Below, one piece after another: positions 24,221 through 34,357 of a stretch of 64,000 nt of DNA (position 1 is the stretch's first letter; each line of letters starts with the position of its first letter). Made by a program: the position numbers and the translations under genes. Under the pieces are notes generated by a model. It did no database searches, was not told where the DNA came from, and worked only from the letters and a program-made list of their open reading frames with translations. This DNA is from an uncultured Planctomycetaceae bacterium (GTDB lineage: Bacteria > Planctomycetota > Planctomycetia > Planctomycetales > Planctomycetaceae), in contig CAWFAK010000015.1 of assembly GCA_963813715.1 (NCBI GenBank), positions 1 through 64,000 of the forward strand. Direction: 5' to 3'.

Positions 24221-24439
24221 ATGCAGTTGTTTTTCATCAACAATGACGGCGGCGGCTTCGCGGACACGATCGAGGTCGCCGACAGCACGTCGATCGCCCA
24301 GCTCTTTGAGCAGCGTGTCCCGCACGGCAAACCGGCTGACTACTTGATTCGCGTCAATCGGCAGTCGGTTACCGCCAACCAGATGTTGCGGGAAGGCGAC
24401 CGCGTCAGTGTCACGCCGACGAAGATCGAGGGCGCCTGA
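24221..24439 (+). CDS. Ubiquitin-like (ThiS/MoaD beta-grasp) protein, 72 aa, C-terminus -KIEGA
   Basis: Size and YLIRVN...LREGDRVSVTP pattern match ThiS/MoaD-type Ubls; AGGA upstream; adjacent to E2, JAB and E1 genes. Confidence 0.85.
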   Translation: MQLFFINNDGGGFADTIEVADSTSIAQLFEQRVPHGKPADYLIRVNRQSVTANQMLREGDRVSVTPTKIEGA

Positions 24440-24465
24440 ACTCCCTTGAGTCCGTACGAAAACTC

Positions 24466-24504
24466 GAGGGGCGCCGGCTTGACCGCCGGCGCCCCTCTTT
24501 TCTT
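24466..24504 (+). terminator. Intrinsic terminator-like hairpin between the Ubl and E2-like genes
   Basis: 13-bp perfect stem GAGGGGCGCCGGC-TTGACC-GCCGGCGCCCCTC followed by TTTTCTT. Confidence 0.75.
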
Positions 24505-24523
24505 GGGGACGTGAGGAATCACC

Positions 24524-25584
24524 ATGCAGACCCAGCACAGAATCTTGCTACGAACGGCGGAGCGGATTTCATCCCATTTGCAGCGCAGCCGAGCCGCCCC
24601 ATTCTCAATTGAGCTTCCCGAAGCGGATTGGAACTACGCCCAAGCGCTTGCTGCGCCAACTCGATATCTGCCGACAACGCGCTTGGTCAAATGTTGCTGC
24701 GCTTTTGGAGGACCGCCTAGAGCGGGCCTTGGAACGCTGCACCGAGCGATTCCAAGAAATCCGCCGCCGAGTCTCGCGACAGGGCTCACCCCTTTTCATT
24801 CAGCGGACCCGTGAGATCTTCCGTGACCTGGTGGCTCTGGCGGATGAATTCGAGGGGGTATCGATCGACGGGCCAGACCAAACGGTGCTCAGTCACCACC
24901 GAAGCGATCGTCCTGGAGGAAATCAACCTCGGGCCCTTCGAGATCCGCTTGCACTGGGACCGGATCGGTGACCGACGCCCGTATGACGTCATTGCCCTAA
25001 ATCCGAATCCGGCCGGGGAGTCGAGCGACACCACACATCCCCACGTCAAAGGCGAGCAACTCTGCGAAGGGGATGGCCGTCAAGCCATTGAGAGTGCCCT
25101 CCGGGGCGGTCGCCTGCTCGACTTCTTCCAACTCGTGAGCCGGATCCTCGAGACCTACAACGCCGGGAGCGCCTACGTGGCGCTGTCGGAGTGGAATGGC
25201 AGCCCGTGCAGTGATTGCGGCGACGTGGTCTCCGATGAGGAACGGTATACGTGCGATCGATGTGGCGACAGCTTGTGCCACAACTGCCTCTGCTCCTGTG
25301 TCCGCTGTGAGGCGTTCTGCTGCCATGACTGTACGAATTACTGCCGACAGTGCGAGGAATCGATCTGTTCGGGCTGCCAAGAGACTTGCCGGCATTGCGC
25401 GCGATCGCTGTGCCGTTCCTGCATTTCCGAAGACGGCCTCTGCGAAGAGTGCCAGGAGGAACACGATGCACGCACACTCGATGACGATGAAAACCAATGC
25501 CCGCCCTTGGAAACCGAGACGCTTGCTCCGCCGGCCACGGGAGCTGCGGACCCGCAAGCAGCGACGGCCGCGATTGCGGTTTAG
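24524..25584 (+). CDS. Prokaryotic E2/UBC-like protein with helical N-terminus and C-terminal poly-CxxC zinc-binding array (two frameshifts, ~24645 and ~24885)
   Basis: [16 protein letters not shown]...NPNP...[12 protein letters not shown] (HPN-like motif plus Cys at 25063), then [14 protein letters not shown] and 10 CxxC motifs. Confidence 0.75.
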
Positions 25585-26206
25585 TCCCACGGCGTGGGCA
25601 AAGTTACTGTTCGTGCGCGACTGCGGCCCGACCGAGGTGGGTGGGTTCGGGATCGCCGCGGAGGACGATCTGCTGTACGTCGAAGACATTCGGATGGTCA
25701 AACAAGCCTGCACGACGATCTCAGTCACGTTCGACGACGTGGCCGTCGCTGAGTTCTTCGACGAGCAGATCGATGCCGGGCGGCGACCCGAGCGGTTCGG
25801 GCGGATTTGGATTCACACCCACCCCGGGGTCTCGGCTGAACCCAGCCACGTCGATGAAGAGACTTTTGGTAGAGTGTTCGGTCCTTGCGACTGGGCAGTG
25901 ATGTTCATTCTCGCGCATGGCGGCGAAACGTACTGTCGCCTGCGATTCCGGGCTGGGCCAGGGGGTGCGTGGGAGATTCCGGTGGAAGTCGGTTTTGAGC
26001 GTGATTTCGCGGGCTCGAATAGCGACGAGTGGTCCGCGGAATACGAGGCCACTGTCCGCAGACCGGAAGCCCTGCTCGCCAATTCGCCCGAGGGTCAATT
26101 TGGCGCCGACCTTTCAGCAGTGGCCGACAGTCACGATCTTTTCGACAACTTTTGGGACACTTTTGACTGGGAAAGGGAACTCGACCTCCATGAACACGCG
26201 ATTTGA
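25466..26206 (+). CDS. JAB/MPN+ metalloprotease (deubiquitinase-like)
   Basis: AGGAGGA RBS; TEVGGFG (catalytic Glu) and [16 protein letters not shown] (HxH-x7-SxxD). Confidence 0.88.
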   Translation: MHAHSMTMKTNARPWKPRRLLRRPRELRTRKQRRPRLRFSPTAWAKLLFVRDCGPTEVGGFGIAAEDDLLYVEDIRMVKQACTTISVTFDDVAVAEFFDEQIDAGRRPERFGRIWIHTHPGVSAEPSHVDEETFGRVFGPCDWAVMFILAHGGETYCRLRFRAGPGGAWEIPVEVGFERDFAGSNSDEWSAEYEATVRRPEALLANSPEGQFGADLSAVADSHDLFDNFWDTFDWERELDLHEHAI

Positions 26207-26849
26207 ACGTCAGCAAGCTCTCGTACCACAAGAACGGCTCACGGCCGTGACGGCCACTGTGATCGGAGTCGGCGCGGTCGGCCGCCAACTAGCGCTGCAC
26301 CTTGCCTCAATTGGAGTCCGTCGGTTGCAACTAGTCGACTTCGATCACGTCGAGGCCACCAACGTCACAACGCAGGGCTATTTCGCGGGCGACATTGGCC
26401 AACTGAAGGTTCAGGCAACGCGCCGAGCCATCGAGCTGATCGATCCCTCGATCTCTGTTGAAACGCACGCTGACCGCTTCCGCCCGAAACACCAAGTGGC
26501 CGACGTGCTGTTCTGCGCGGTCGACAGCATTTCGGCTCGGGCCTCGATTTGGCGGGCCGTCGAAAACCGCTGTCGCTTTTGGGCCGATGGGCGCATGCTT
26601 GGAGAAACGATTCGCGTGCTATGCGCCGCAGACCAAGCAGGGCGCGAACACTACGGATCGACGCTGTTTGCGCAGTCCGAAGCCCAAACTGGTCAGTGCA
26701 CGTCGCGAAGCACGATCTACGCGGCCGGCATCGCGGCCGGCCTGATTGTCCATCAATTCTCGCGTTGGCTGAGGGATCTGCAGATCGACGTCGATACGAC
26801 CGTGGACCTGTTGGCTGGAGATTGGGCGGCGACAATCGCGGCGTGTTGA
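26190..26849 (+). CDS. E1-like ThiF/MoeB-family adenylyltransferase
   Basis: [33 protein letters not shown]; candidate thioester Cys in TGQCTSRST; start overlaps the JAB stop. Confidence 0.9.
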   Translation: MNTRFERQQALVPQERLTAVTATVIGVGAVGRQLALHLASIGVRRLQLVDFDHVEATNVTTQGYFAGDIGQLKVQATRRAIELIDPSISVETHADRFRPKHQVADVLFCAVDSISARASIWRAVENRCRFWADGRMLGETIRVLCAADQAGREHYGSTLFAQSEAQTGQCTSRSTIYAAGIAAGLIVHQFSRWLRDLQIDVDTTVDLLAGDWAATIAAC

Positions 26850-26939
26850 TCGGTCCCGATCGATGATCCGAGAAAGCACAGGCCTGCGGAGACCACATTG
26901 GGACCCGCAGGGCCGCGTCTATTTCCAGAAAGGGGTCCC

Positions 26940-27167
26940 ATGAAAAAGAAGACTATCGTCACGCAGGAAGCACAAGCGACCGGTGGCGACGCATGCGAGT
27001 TTTTGACCACTCAGCAGCGTGAATTCGCTGAAGTTCTTGGCCGCGAGATTGCGAGATTCTACAGGGAATCGCGCAGGCCGAGTCGAGATCATGAGAATGA
27101 CCTGTCACTGAACTCGGAAGACGCTGCCCACAAACCGACTCGCGGCCGACGAAGGGTTTGCAGTTAA
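26940..27167 (+). CDS. Small hypothetical protein (MKKKTIVTQ...LTTQQREFAEVLGREIARF)
   Basis: AAGGGG upstream; amphipathic helix. Confidence 0.45.
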   Translation: MKKKTIVTQEAQATGGDACEFLTTQQREFAEVLGREIARFYRESRRPSRDHENDLSLNSEDAAHKPTRGRRRVCS

Positions 27168-28610
27168 TCGTCCTCCACTCGCGATGCTTCACGCACGTCG
27201 TCGCAGGAAAACGCTCGCATCTGCGTCTTGCCGCACTCCCTACAAACGGCCTCGATTTCCACGACATTGGCTGTCGCCCCGGCACAATCGAAGCGGCTGA
27301 ACTCCACTGGCGCACCGCACTCGCATTTTGCGCGCAGAGTTCCGGGTCAATTTGATGCCAAGCTCATCCAAGTCGAGTTTTTGCTTTCTTTCTGACCGGT
27401 CGACCTCGCCTCGCGACGCCACGTCCACGTCACTCCGCCTTGGCGCGTCGGCCGCACGTTTGACGGCCCGATCTGCCTCGCGCTCTTTTGAACCATTTCC
27501 GCATGAAAGTAAAGGACGCGAAGCAACACACCTTGCTTCAGGGCGTCTTCCGGATCGGCCCACAAGTCTTGGATCGCCTCTCGAAGCGGACGGAAGTATC
27601 GGTGAAGAAGAGCCAGGGGGACTCCTCCGAGCCACGGTTGACCAAGATAAAGGAGTTCAAAGATTCCTGCTCGTCCCCCGAAAGCGGCGGATCGATCATG
27701 TTCAGAAAGTTTTGCATCTGCAGCCCAATGCACTGACCGCTGTATCTCAGCGATTCGAACACTAACTCAAGCAAAACATCGCGCACGACCGCCCGGTCAA
27801 TTGGGCCCGGCTTCGCCTTACGTTTTGAGATTTGGTGGACAATTCCGTCGCGATTCTTGAAGAACCAGCGATCGAAATCTTCTACGGAATCGTCCAGGTG
27901 AGGGCGAAGGCGTCCAGAAGGCGCCCTTCCACTTCTTGCCTCGTCTCATCGCTAATCGGTACCTCCGCCGGACCGAGGTCGAATAGCGCGAGTCGCAGGA
28001 TTCTTGCCGCGTCCTCAGTTTTCAACCGGGTCACATCGAACGGATTGCGTTTCGCCGCGTCCACGAGGCCAAGCTGGATAAGATCCGCGGTGGATGGTTC
28101 TGTCAAATCACGCGCTTTGGCTGAGTCACGACCGGCCTTGAGGAGGTCGGCGACCGACCATTGCTTGCCCCTTCCCAAGGCATTGAGTCCAAGGTCGTCA
28201 GGCAGGATGTTGGAAAAATCAACGCCGAATCGCTCGTGTCCGAGCACGAGTAAATCCACCCGGCGGGAGAAGGTTCGATCGAGGGCTTCCTGGACACTTG
28301 GGCCGTACTGGACAAGGAGACGCATCAGGTTGTAGGTGTAGCGCTGTTCTCCAGTCAGATTTTCGGTGCGACTGCGGATCGCCAAACCGCCGAGCGACGC
28401 GTTCAACAAAAAGTCCGGCAGATTGTCGGGGTAAAGACGTCTGACACCCTTGTACGACATGGCCTCGAGCGAGACGCAGTAGTCTTCCGGTAAATCTCCG
28501 CGGATCTGCTCCGACGGGCGCCACTGGTACACGGAGCGATCCATATCGAGGACCGCTGACCCGACGGTGGGGCGAGTAATTTGTTGGGACTCACGGGCCT
28601 CAACTGTCAT
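27164..28610 (-). CDS. Large hypothetical protein with C-terminal CxC...CxxC motif (several frameshifts)
   Basis: ORFs 27882-28640, 27538-27786, 27347-27733 and 27240-27635 join into one helical protein ending ...KCECGAP...VCRECGK. Confidence 0.55.
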
Positions 28611-28901
28611 TGTGCCCCAAATTGCTGAATTGCCTGTCATTATCTTCCTCTCGTAATAAACTGTCGCCTCGACTCGCGCTTGCTCGTCGCGCGAGAAGGC
28701 AAGTCGACAGCTTGCTCATAGCAGAATCCGCGAAGGCGCGCAACACGAACTTGCCGTCATTCGCTCGGATTATTCGGCACGTCCGGATTAACCGGGCCGG
28801 CCGTCCGGTTTTCCCGAATGGTGTCGAGGGCAGCGCTCCGCGGTTAGACCATTCGCATGTGCGAGCGGCTGCGGACATGCGCCCCTCCAAGGAAACTCCG
28901 A

Positions 28902-29818
28902 ATGCCGCAGTCTAAAAGTCAAACGGAATTGCGTACCCATGTGGCGACCTATCACGATCTCCAATCATTCGTCGATGCCTTCGCCAACGGCCACCTCAAT
29001 TTGCTCATCGTCTACGGAAGGCCGGGCATCGGGAAAAGCCATACAATACGGGAGCGCGTCGGCAAACGAGCATTTACGATCAATGGGACGGCCAGCCCGT
29101 TCGGGATCTACATTGCCGCGTATCAGCACCGCGACGAGCCGATCGTTCTCGACGACATTGATGGGCTCACCGCCAGCCCACAGGGGGTCCGGCTACTGAA
29201 GGCTTTGACGCAAAGTGATCCCGAAAGGACCGTGTCTTGGGAAACTCAGGCGGCCGTTCTGAATCGGGAAGAGATCCCGACTTCGTTCCGAACCCGAAGC
29301 CACGTCGCAATCCTTGCGAATTGTCCATTTGCCTCTGACGATGCACGCGCCTTAGAAGACAGAGGCCATGTGCTAGTCTTCGAGCCCTCCGCCATCGAAG
29401 TGCATCAACAGGCCAGCAAGTGGTTCTGGGATCAAGAGGTCTTCGACTTCGTTGCCTGTTATTTGCATCTCATGCCCCTTCATTCGTTTCGCACGTACGT
29501 GAACGCGTGGGAGCGAAAGAACGCAGGATTGCCCTGGCAATCTGCCGTGCTAGACCGATGCCTGTCGGGATTGACATTGGAGGTTGCCAAGCTCCGCTCC
29601 GATCCGCAGTTCCAATCGGAGGAGGCGCGCGTCAAGCGTTCGTTCAGCGGAGATTGGGATGTCGCGCGACCTACTTCAACCACGTCAAACGACTTCAGCC
29701 TAAGCAAGATGTCCCGAAGATCGAGTTGTCGCACCACCCGCCCCCACAGCCACCAGCTCCGCCAATCGGCCTCATCGACTTGATCACGCGTCGATACCGG
29801 CGGTTGGGCCGCGGTTAG
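28902..29818 (+). CDS. P-loop/AAA-like ATPase (frameshift near 29640)
   Basis: Walker A GRPGIGKS, Walker B IVLDDID, and ALEDR (Arg-finger-like). Confidence 0.75.
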
Positions 29819-30083
29819 ACTTTTAGACTCACTTCCGTCAGCAACCGATCAGACCTACTCCGAGCGTCCCAACCCAAGTCATTCCCCAGAATCTTTCCTG
29901 GGCTTCCACTCTCCTCTTCCGGCCGGTCGCATCTGGCCACTTCCCTGCAGCGCCAGGGTTCGAGCCTGGCACTCGAGCGGCTCGTCCGGTTTTCCCGTAA
30001 TGGGTGAACCAAGGAATTCAGCCGCTTGTTTTTCTACGTCTAAGAGCTGTCAAGCGGTGATCCCGGCTGGGCAAGGAGGCCCA

Positions 30084-30340
30084 ATGTCAAACAACAACGA
30101 AAACGTCAAGCTGACGGCTCGCGAAATCGCCGCCGCCTTCGACACCAATGCAGGGCCGACCGTTCCCGCCATTCTGACCGTCGAAGAGGCGGCCGCACTC
30201 CTTCGTGTCCCGATCAAAACAATCTACGACTGGAGCTCGCGTGGCCTTCTCAAGGGCTGTTGCCGCAAAGTGGGCAAGCACTTGCGATTCTTCCGGGACC
30301 GCCTGCTCCTAAAAGTCTTCAACGAGGGCCTGAGCTGCAC
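30084..30340 (+). CDS. Helix-turn-helix excisionase-like protein (3' end uncertain)
   Basis: AAGGAGG RBS; ILTVEEAAALLRVPIKTIYDWSSRG...KVGKHLRF. Confidence 0.85.
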
Positions 30341-31445
30341 ATGGAACCTAAGCAACCACGCAACCAATCCGAAGCTCATCGGTGATGTTGTCCGAATCTT
30401 CTTGAAGGGCCCCACCTGGTGGGCCAATTGTCAGGTGAACGGCCGGCAAAGGCGGCGCTCACTGCGCACGACCAGTAAGAAAGAGGCGCGGCGCCGCGCG
30501 CTGCTGCTTGAAGCGGACATCCTTCGCGGCACACTGCCAAACGAGGGCCACGCCGGTAGTGTCGCCTCAACGATCGAAGCGTACCGATCCTATCTCAAGG
30601 CCGAAAACCGCGCCTCGAAGACGCTGGTGAAATACAACGGCGTCCTGAACCGCGTCCATGAAACTGGCCGAATCTCTGAAGGTCAGGACGATGGCCGGCA
30701 TCGACTTGAGATTCGTCGACGCTTACCGCAAGCAAAGGACCGAGGATGAGGCGGCTGCCAAGACCATCTACAACGAGACCATGATCGTCCGGCAACTGGT
30801 CAACTTTGCCAAATCGCGCCGATTGCTGACGAGCGATCCATTGGCCGGGTTGAAGCTCCGTGAACCGAAGCCGGCCTCTCAGCCCTGCTGGACCCAAGAT
30901 GAGGTGAATCGGATTCTCGAAATGGCGAATCCGGCGCATCGGGCCGCGTTCACGATCCTCGCCGACACGGGACTTCGCATCGGCGAGTTGCAGTACCTGA
31001 CATGGGACGACGTCGACTACATCAACAACGTGCTTCACGTACGCCCCAAGGAGGGTTGGAAACCAAAGACGGGGGATCGACGCGCCGTGCCGATCAGCCC
31101 TCGGGTTCGAGCCGTTCTCGAAGGCCTCCCGCAACAGTCCTCATGGGTCGTTACTGCGCCGCCGTCGCCCACCTACCCGGCGGGGGATCATCAGGTCTCC
31201 GAGCGACGGTTACTGAAGGCGCTCAAGGCAGGTCCTGAACAAGCTGGGCCTGCCGGGCCATTTACACACCTTTCGTCACGCGTTCATCTCACACGGCGCT
31301 GACGTCCGGAATTCCAGAAGCAGTTGTCCGAGCGTGGGTCGGGCACGTCGATGCCGACGTGATCCGCCTCTACACCCACATTGCCGACGCGACGTCGCAA
31401 GCGGCCATGCGCCGGCTCACCGCGACGCCAGGTCAATCGATCTAG
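30341..31445 (+). CDS. Tyrosine recombinase/integrase (frameshifted)
   Basis: TGLRIGEL (R), KPKTG (K), HLHTFRHAF (HxxR) and VGHVDADVIRLYTH (H, Y) across frames; N-terminal arm-binding-like QRRRSLRTTSKKEA. Confidence 0.9.
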
Positions 31446-31527
31446 AAAGGACCGAGTTATGTCAGGGACGACAATTCAGCACAAATCCAGCACACTTGGA
31501 GAATTGACCATGAATACCGAGACGCAA

Positions 31528-31561
31528 AACAAAAGAGGCCGCCGAGTTACGACGACCTCTT
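31528..31561 (-). terminator. Terminator-like hairpin downstream of tRNA-Ser
   Basis: Minus strand reads AAGAGGTCGTCG-TAACT-CGGCGGCCTCTT followed by TTGTTTT. Confidence 0.6.
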
Positions 31562-31571
31562 CCTCGCGAGG

Positions 31572-31660
31572 CGGAGAGAGGGGGATTCGAACCCCCGGTC
31601 CCGATTTCTCGAGACACGGCATTTCCAGTGCCGCACAATCGGCCGCTCTGTCATCTCTCC
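31572..31660 (-). tRNA. tRNA-Ser (anticodon GGA), CCA not encoded
   Basis: Reverse complement GGAGAGA...TCTCTCC-G; anticodon arm CGGCA-CTGGAAA-TGCCG; long variable arm; GGTTCGAATCC T-loop. Confidence 0.95.
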
Positions 31661-31729
31661 GGGGCGTGGTCGATCGACCACTGTCTGAGTCGGGATCCGC
31701 GGCCCGTGTTGAGCACGGGCGGCGACGGA

Positions 31730-32092
31730 TCAGGACTCTTTCTTGTCTTCCTTTTTCTTTTTCTCTTTGGGCTCGGCGGATTTCTCTTTCTTGGGCTTGG
31801 CCGCCGCCTTGGGCTGCTTGACAACTTTCTTCGGTTCGCTCTTTTCGGCGGCGGCCGCTGCCAGTTTTTCGACCTTGTGTTGCGCAACTCCCTCGTCGCG
31901 AGTCCTGATGGCTTCCGCGGCCTTGAGGCGGTTGCGGATCGCGTTGTACGCGGCGTTGAGCTGGCGCCATTTCGTGTTCTTGCGGCGCGCGGACGACGGA
32001 ACACCGTTGGTTTCGAGTGCCTTGTTCCAGGCGGTCAAATCTTCTTTCGCGCGGCCCAACTGCCGCGAGAGGGTGGCTTCATTCAGCGACAT
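31730..32092 (-). CDS. Lys/Ala-rich hypothetical protein
   Basis: Helical N-terminus and KKVVKQPKAAAKPKKEK tail; clean ORF. Confidence 0.7.
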   Translation of the reverse strand: MSLNEATLSRQLGRAKEDLTAWNKALETNGVPSSARRKNTKWRQLNAAYNAIRNRLKAAEAIRTRDEGVAQHKVEKLAAAAAEKSEPKKVVKQPKAAAKPKKEKSAEPKEKKKKEDKKES

Positions 32093-32382
32093 GTGCGATC
32101 ATTCTTTGCAGTGAATTCGGGAAAGTCGTTCGTGGGATTTCTGGATTGGCCTGACGACCGGAGAAGGTACTCGGTCGAGCCGCGAAAGATTGCGTAGACC
32201 GGACGGATCCAAAACCGTAATCCGGAACCGCGGTCTTCAAAATTCGCCCGTCTTGCGGCAATCGGCCCGCCCGATTCCGCGCCCAATTCTTGCAAGTTCC
32301 GGCAGAATCTTCAACGGGTGTTCCCAGGCGGCTGCGATCGGCTTTTTTCGCCACTCGGATCGCGCAAGCGAAGCATTGACTC

Positions 32383-33498
32383 ATGAACGAGAAGGGCCTC
32401 GTCGCGGCATTCACGGGCGTTCGCAGGCCCTTCCAGCTGCGCGAATTCCCGGTGACGGAGCCGGAACCCGGGACGATCCTGGTTGAAGTCCGGCTGGCCA
32501 ACGTCTGCGGGAGCGACCTCCACATTTGGCGTGGCGAGTACGACGTCTCGCGCGGGCAGTCGGAGCCGTTCTGCCTGTCGATCGGCCACGAAATGGTCGG
32601 ACGGATCGCCGCCTTGGGCGAGGGCGTGACGCAGGACTTTGCGGGCCAGCCGCTACGCGTCGGCGACCGAGTGGCGTATCAGTACTTCTGTCCCTGCGGC
32701 GAGTGTCGCAGCTGCCGCAAAGGCACGACCCCCCGTTGCCGGCAGGGCCTGCGGTACCGCCTGCCGCCGACGGAACGGCCACACTTTAACGCCGCCTACG
32801 GACAGTATTATTACGTGCGGCAGTCGCAAGCCGTCTTCAAAGTGCCGGACAACGTACCCGACGTGCTGGCCGGCCCAGCCAACTGCGCCTTGTCGCAGGT
32901 GATCGACGGACTGGAGCGGGCCGGTGTGGGACCGGGCGACACGCTCGTCGTTCAGGGGGCCGGAGGTCTGGGCATCAACGCGGTGGCCGTCGCCAAGGAA
33001 CGGGGCGTGACGCAGGTGATCGTGATCGATGGGATCGAGTCACGTCTGGCGCTGGCGATCGAATTCGGCGCCGACGTCACGATCGACCTCAACGAATTCA
33101 AGACGCCGGCGGCACGCGTGGCGCGGGTCCGCGAGCTGACGGACGGCGAGGGGGCCGACGCCGTGATGGAACTCGTCGGGTCGGCCGCGATCGTCGCCGA
33201 GGGAATCGAGATGCTGTGCAGCGGCGGCGTGTATCTGGAAATCGGCAACGTCAACCAGCGGCTGGCCTGCGAATTCAATCCCGCCTCACTCGTCCACGGT
33301 GGGAAAACGATTTTGGGACTGATGTGGTATCGGCCGGAGAGTCTGCAACAGGCGCTACAATTATTGAGCAAACGGGCCGATCGCTATCCGTTTCACAAAC
33401 TCCTCTCGCACCAATATCCGCTGTCGGCGATCGACGACGCCTTTCGAGACCAGAACGCGGGGGTAGTGCACCGAGCCGCGTTGCTGCCCTGGGGCTGA
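32383..33498 (+). CDS. Zinc-dependent alcohol dehydrogenase (MDR family)
   Basis: VCGSDLH, IGHEMVG, CGECRSC...C and VQGAGGLG. Confidence 0.92.
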   Translation: MNEKGLVAAFTGVRRPFQLREFPVTEPEPGTILVEVRLANVCGSDLHIWRGEYDVSRGQSEPFCLSIGHEMVGRIAALGEGVTQDFAGQPLRVGDRVAYQYFCPCGECRSCRKGTTPRCRQGLRYRLPPTERPHFNAAYGQYYYVRQSQAVFKVPDNVPDVLAGPANCALSQVIDGLERAGVGPGDTLVVQGAGGLGINAVAVAKERGVTQVIVIDGIESRLALAIEFGADVTIDLNEFKTPAARVARVRELTDGEGADAVMELVGSAAIVAEGIEMLCSGGVYLEIGNVNQRLACEFNPASLVHGGKTILGLMWYRPESLQQALQLLSKRADRYPFHKLLSHQYPLSAIDDAFRDQNAGVVHRAALLPWG

Positions 33499-33539
33499 GC
33501 GGCGAGTGAATTGAGCGACCCGACCGGGAACCCGAGGCC

Positions 33540-33911
33540 ATGGCACGCTGCGAACAAGGCTATCTCTGCGACGTCTGCGGGGACGAGGTGCACGACATCA
33601 CCGAAAGCGACCTCTATCTCCGCTTTGTCAGTGGTGCGATCGACTCGACGGCCCTGCTTTCTGCCTCCGAGCGCCACATCCGCTGCAATCCGGTCGACGC
33701 GCAGTTCATTGTCGATCCGGCGTTTGAGCCGGTGGTTGTCGAAGGCCCCTTTGCCAAAGGGAATCTCGACCCGGCCGACGTCCGTCGACGAGAGGATCTG
33801 TACACGCGAGGCTGGCGACGACTGCAGGAGCTGCAACTGCTCGGCATCCCAGTGGCCGATTATCCCCTGCCCGAGGTGCTGGCAGCCGCGGCCAAACGTC
33901 GAGCGCGGTGA
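33540..33911 (+). CDS. Conserved hypothetical protein (MARCEQGYLCDVCG...ERHIRCNP)
   Basis: GAGG RBS; clean ORF with Cys/His motifs. Confidence 0.7.
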   Translation: MARCEQGYLCDVCGDEVHDITESDLYLRFVSGAIDSTALLSASERHIRCNPVDAQFIVDPAFEPVVVEGPFAKGNLDPADVRRREDLYTRGWRRLQELQLLGIPVADYPLPEVLAAAAKRRAR

Positions 33912-33971
33912 TTGTGCATTCGGATCGGAAACAGCGCTTCAACAGCGTGAAAAATCATTTTTTTCGAGACC

Positions 33972-34162
33972 ATGAGCAAACGACGGCGCGGTTTCCCCTC
34001 AGAAACCCAGGTCAAGTGCGGCGACCGGGTCGTCCGCGGTGACTGCTGGAAGAAAGGCTCGGCCGAAACGATCGCTGCCCCTGCGGTTCCGGCAAGCGGT
34101 TCAAGAAATGTTGTCTGAAGCGAGGGGCTTTTGACGGCGTTAACCGCGACCACTACTTTTAG
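33972..34162 (+). CDS. Small SEC-C motif protein (frameshifted; absent from ORF track)
   Basis: [15 protein letters not shown]... then [19 protein letters not shown]...HYF; followed by an AGCCTCTC...GAGGGGCT-T6 hairpin. Confidence 0.75.
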
Positions 34163-34357
34163 GCCGAAGTGAGAGCGAGCCTCTCTGATCATGAGATCCG
34201 AGGGGCTTTTTTGCCATTTCGGCAAGCCTCGAGTGCGGTCAGCGCCTTGCCGAAGTGAGTGGCAGCCTCTGCTCCCGTTGCAAGGTGATTTTCGGGCCGT
34301 TACCTTGGTTTCGGCCTTAACAAATCGCACACAGTCCCCGGCGCTCGCAGCCCAAAC

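Larger units (their letters stand above)
23190..31571. mobile_element. Integrative element/genomic island at the 3' end of tRNA-Ser(GGA); left border not found and may lie further left or outside the window
   Basis: xis-int pair ends ~125 bp from the tRNA 3' end; accessory cargo on the left, core-like genes resume right of the tRNA. Confidence 0.75.

Noticed and set aside
24221..26849. ThiS/MoaD + ThiF/MoeB as thiamine or molybdopterin biosynthesis
   Set aside because: No thiG/moaE/sulfurtransferase nearby, the E1 lacks the Zn-binding CxxC pairs, and E2-like and JAB genes sit between the two.
30000..30749. Apparent excisionase-integrase fusion ORF
   Set aside because: An ATG at 30341 and the high indel rate make a frameshift-created fusion more likely than a real one; not resolvable without reads.
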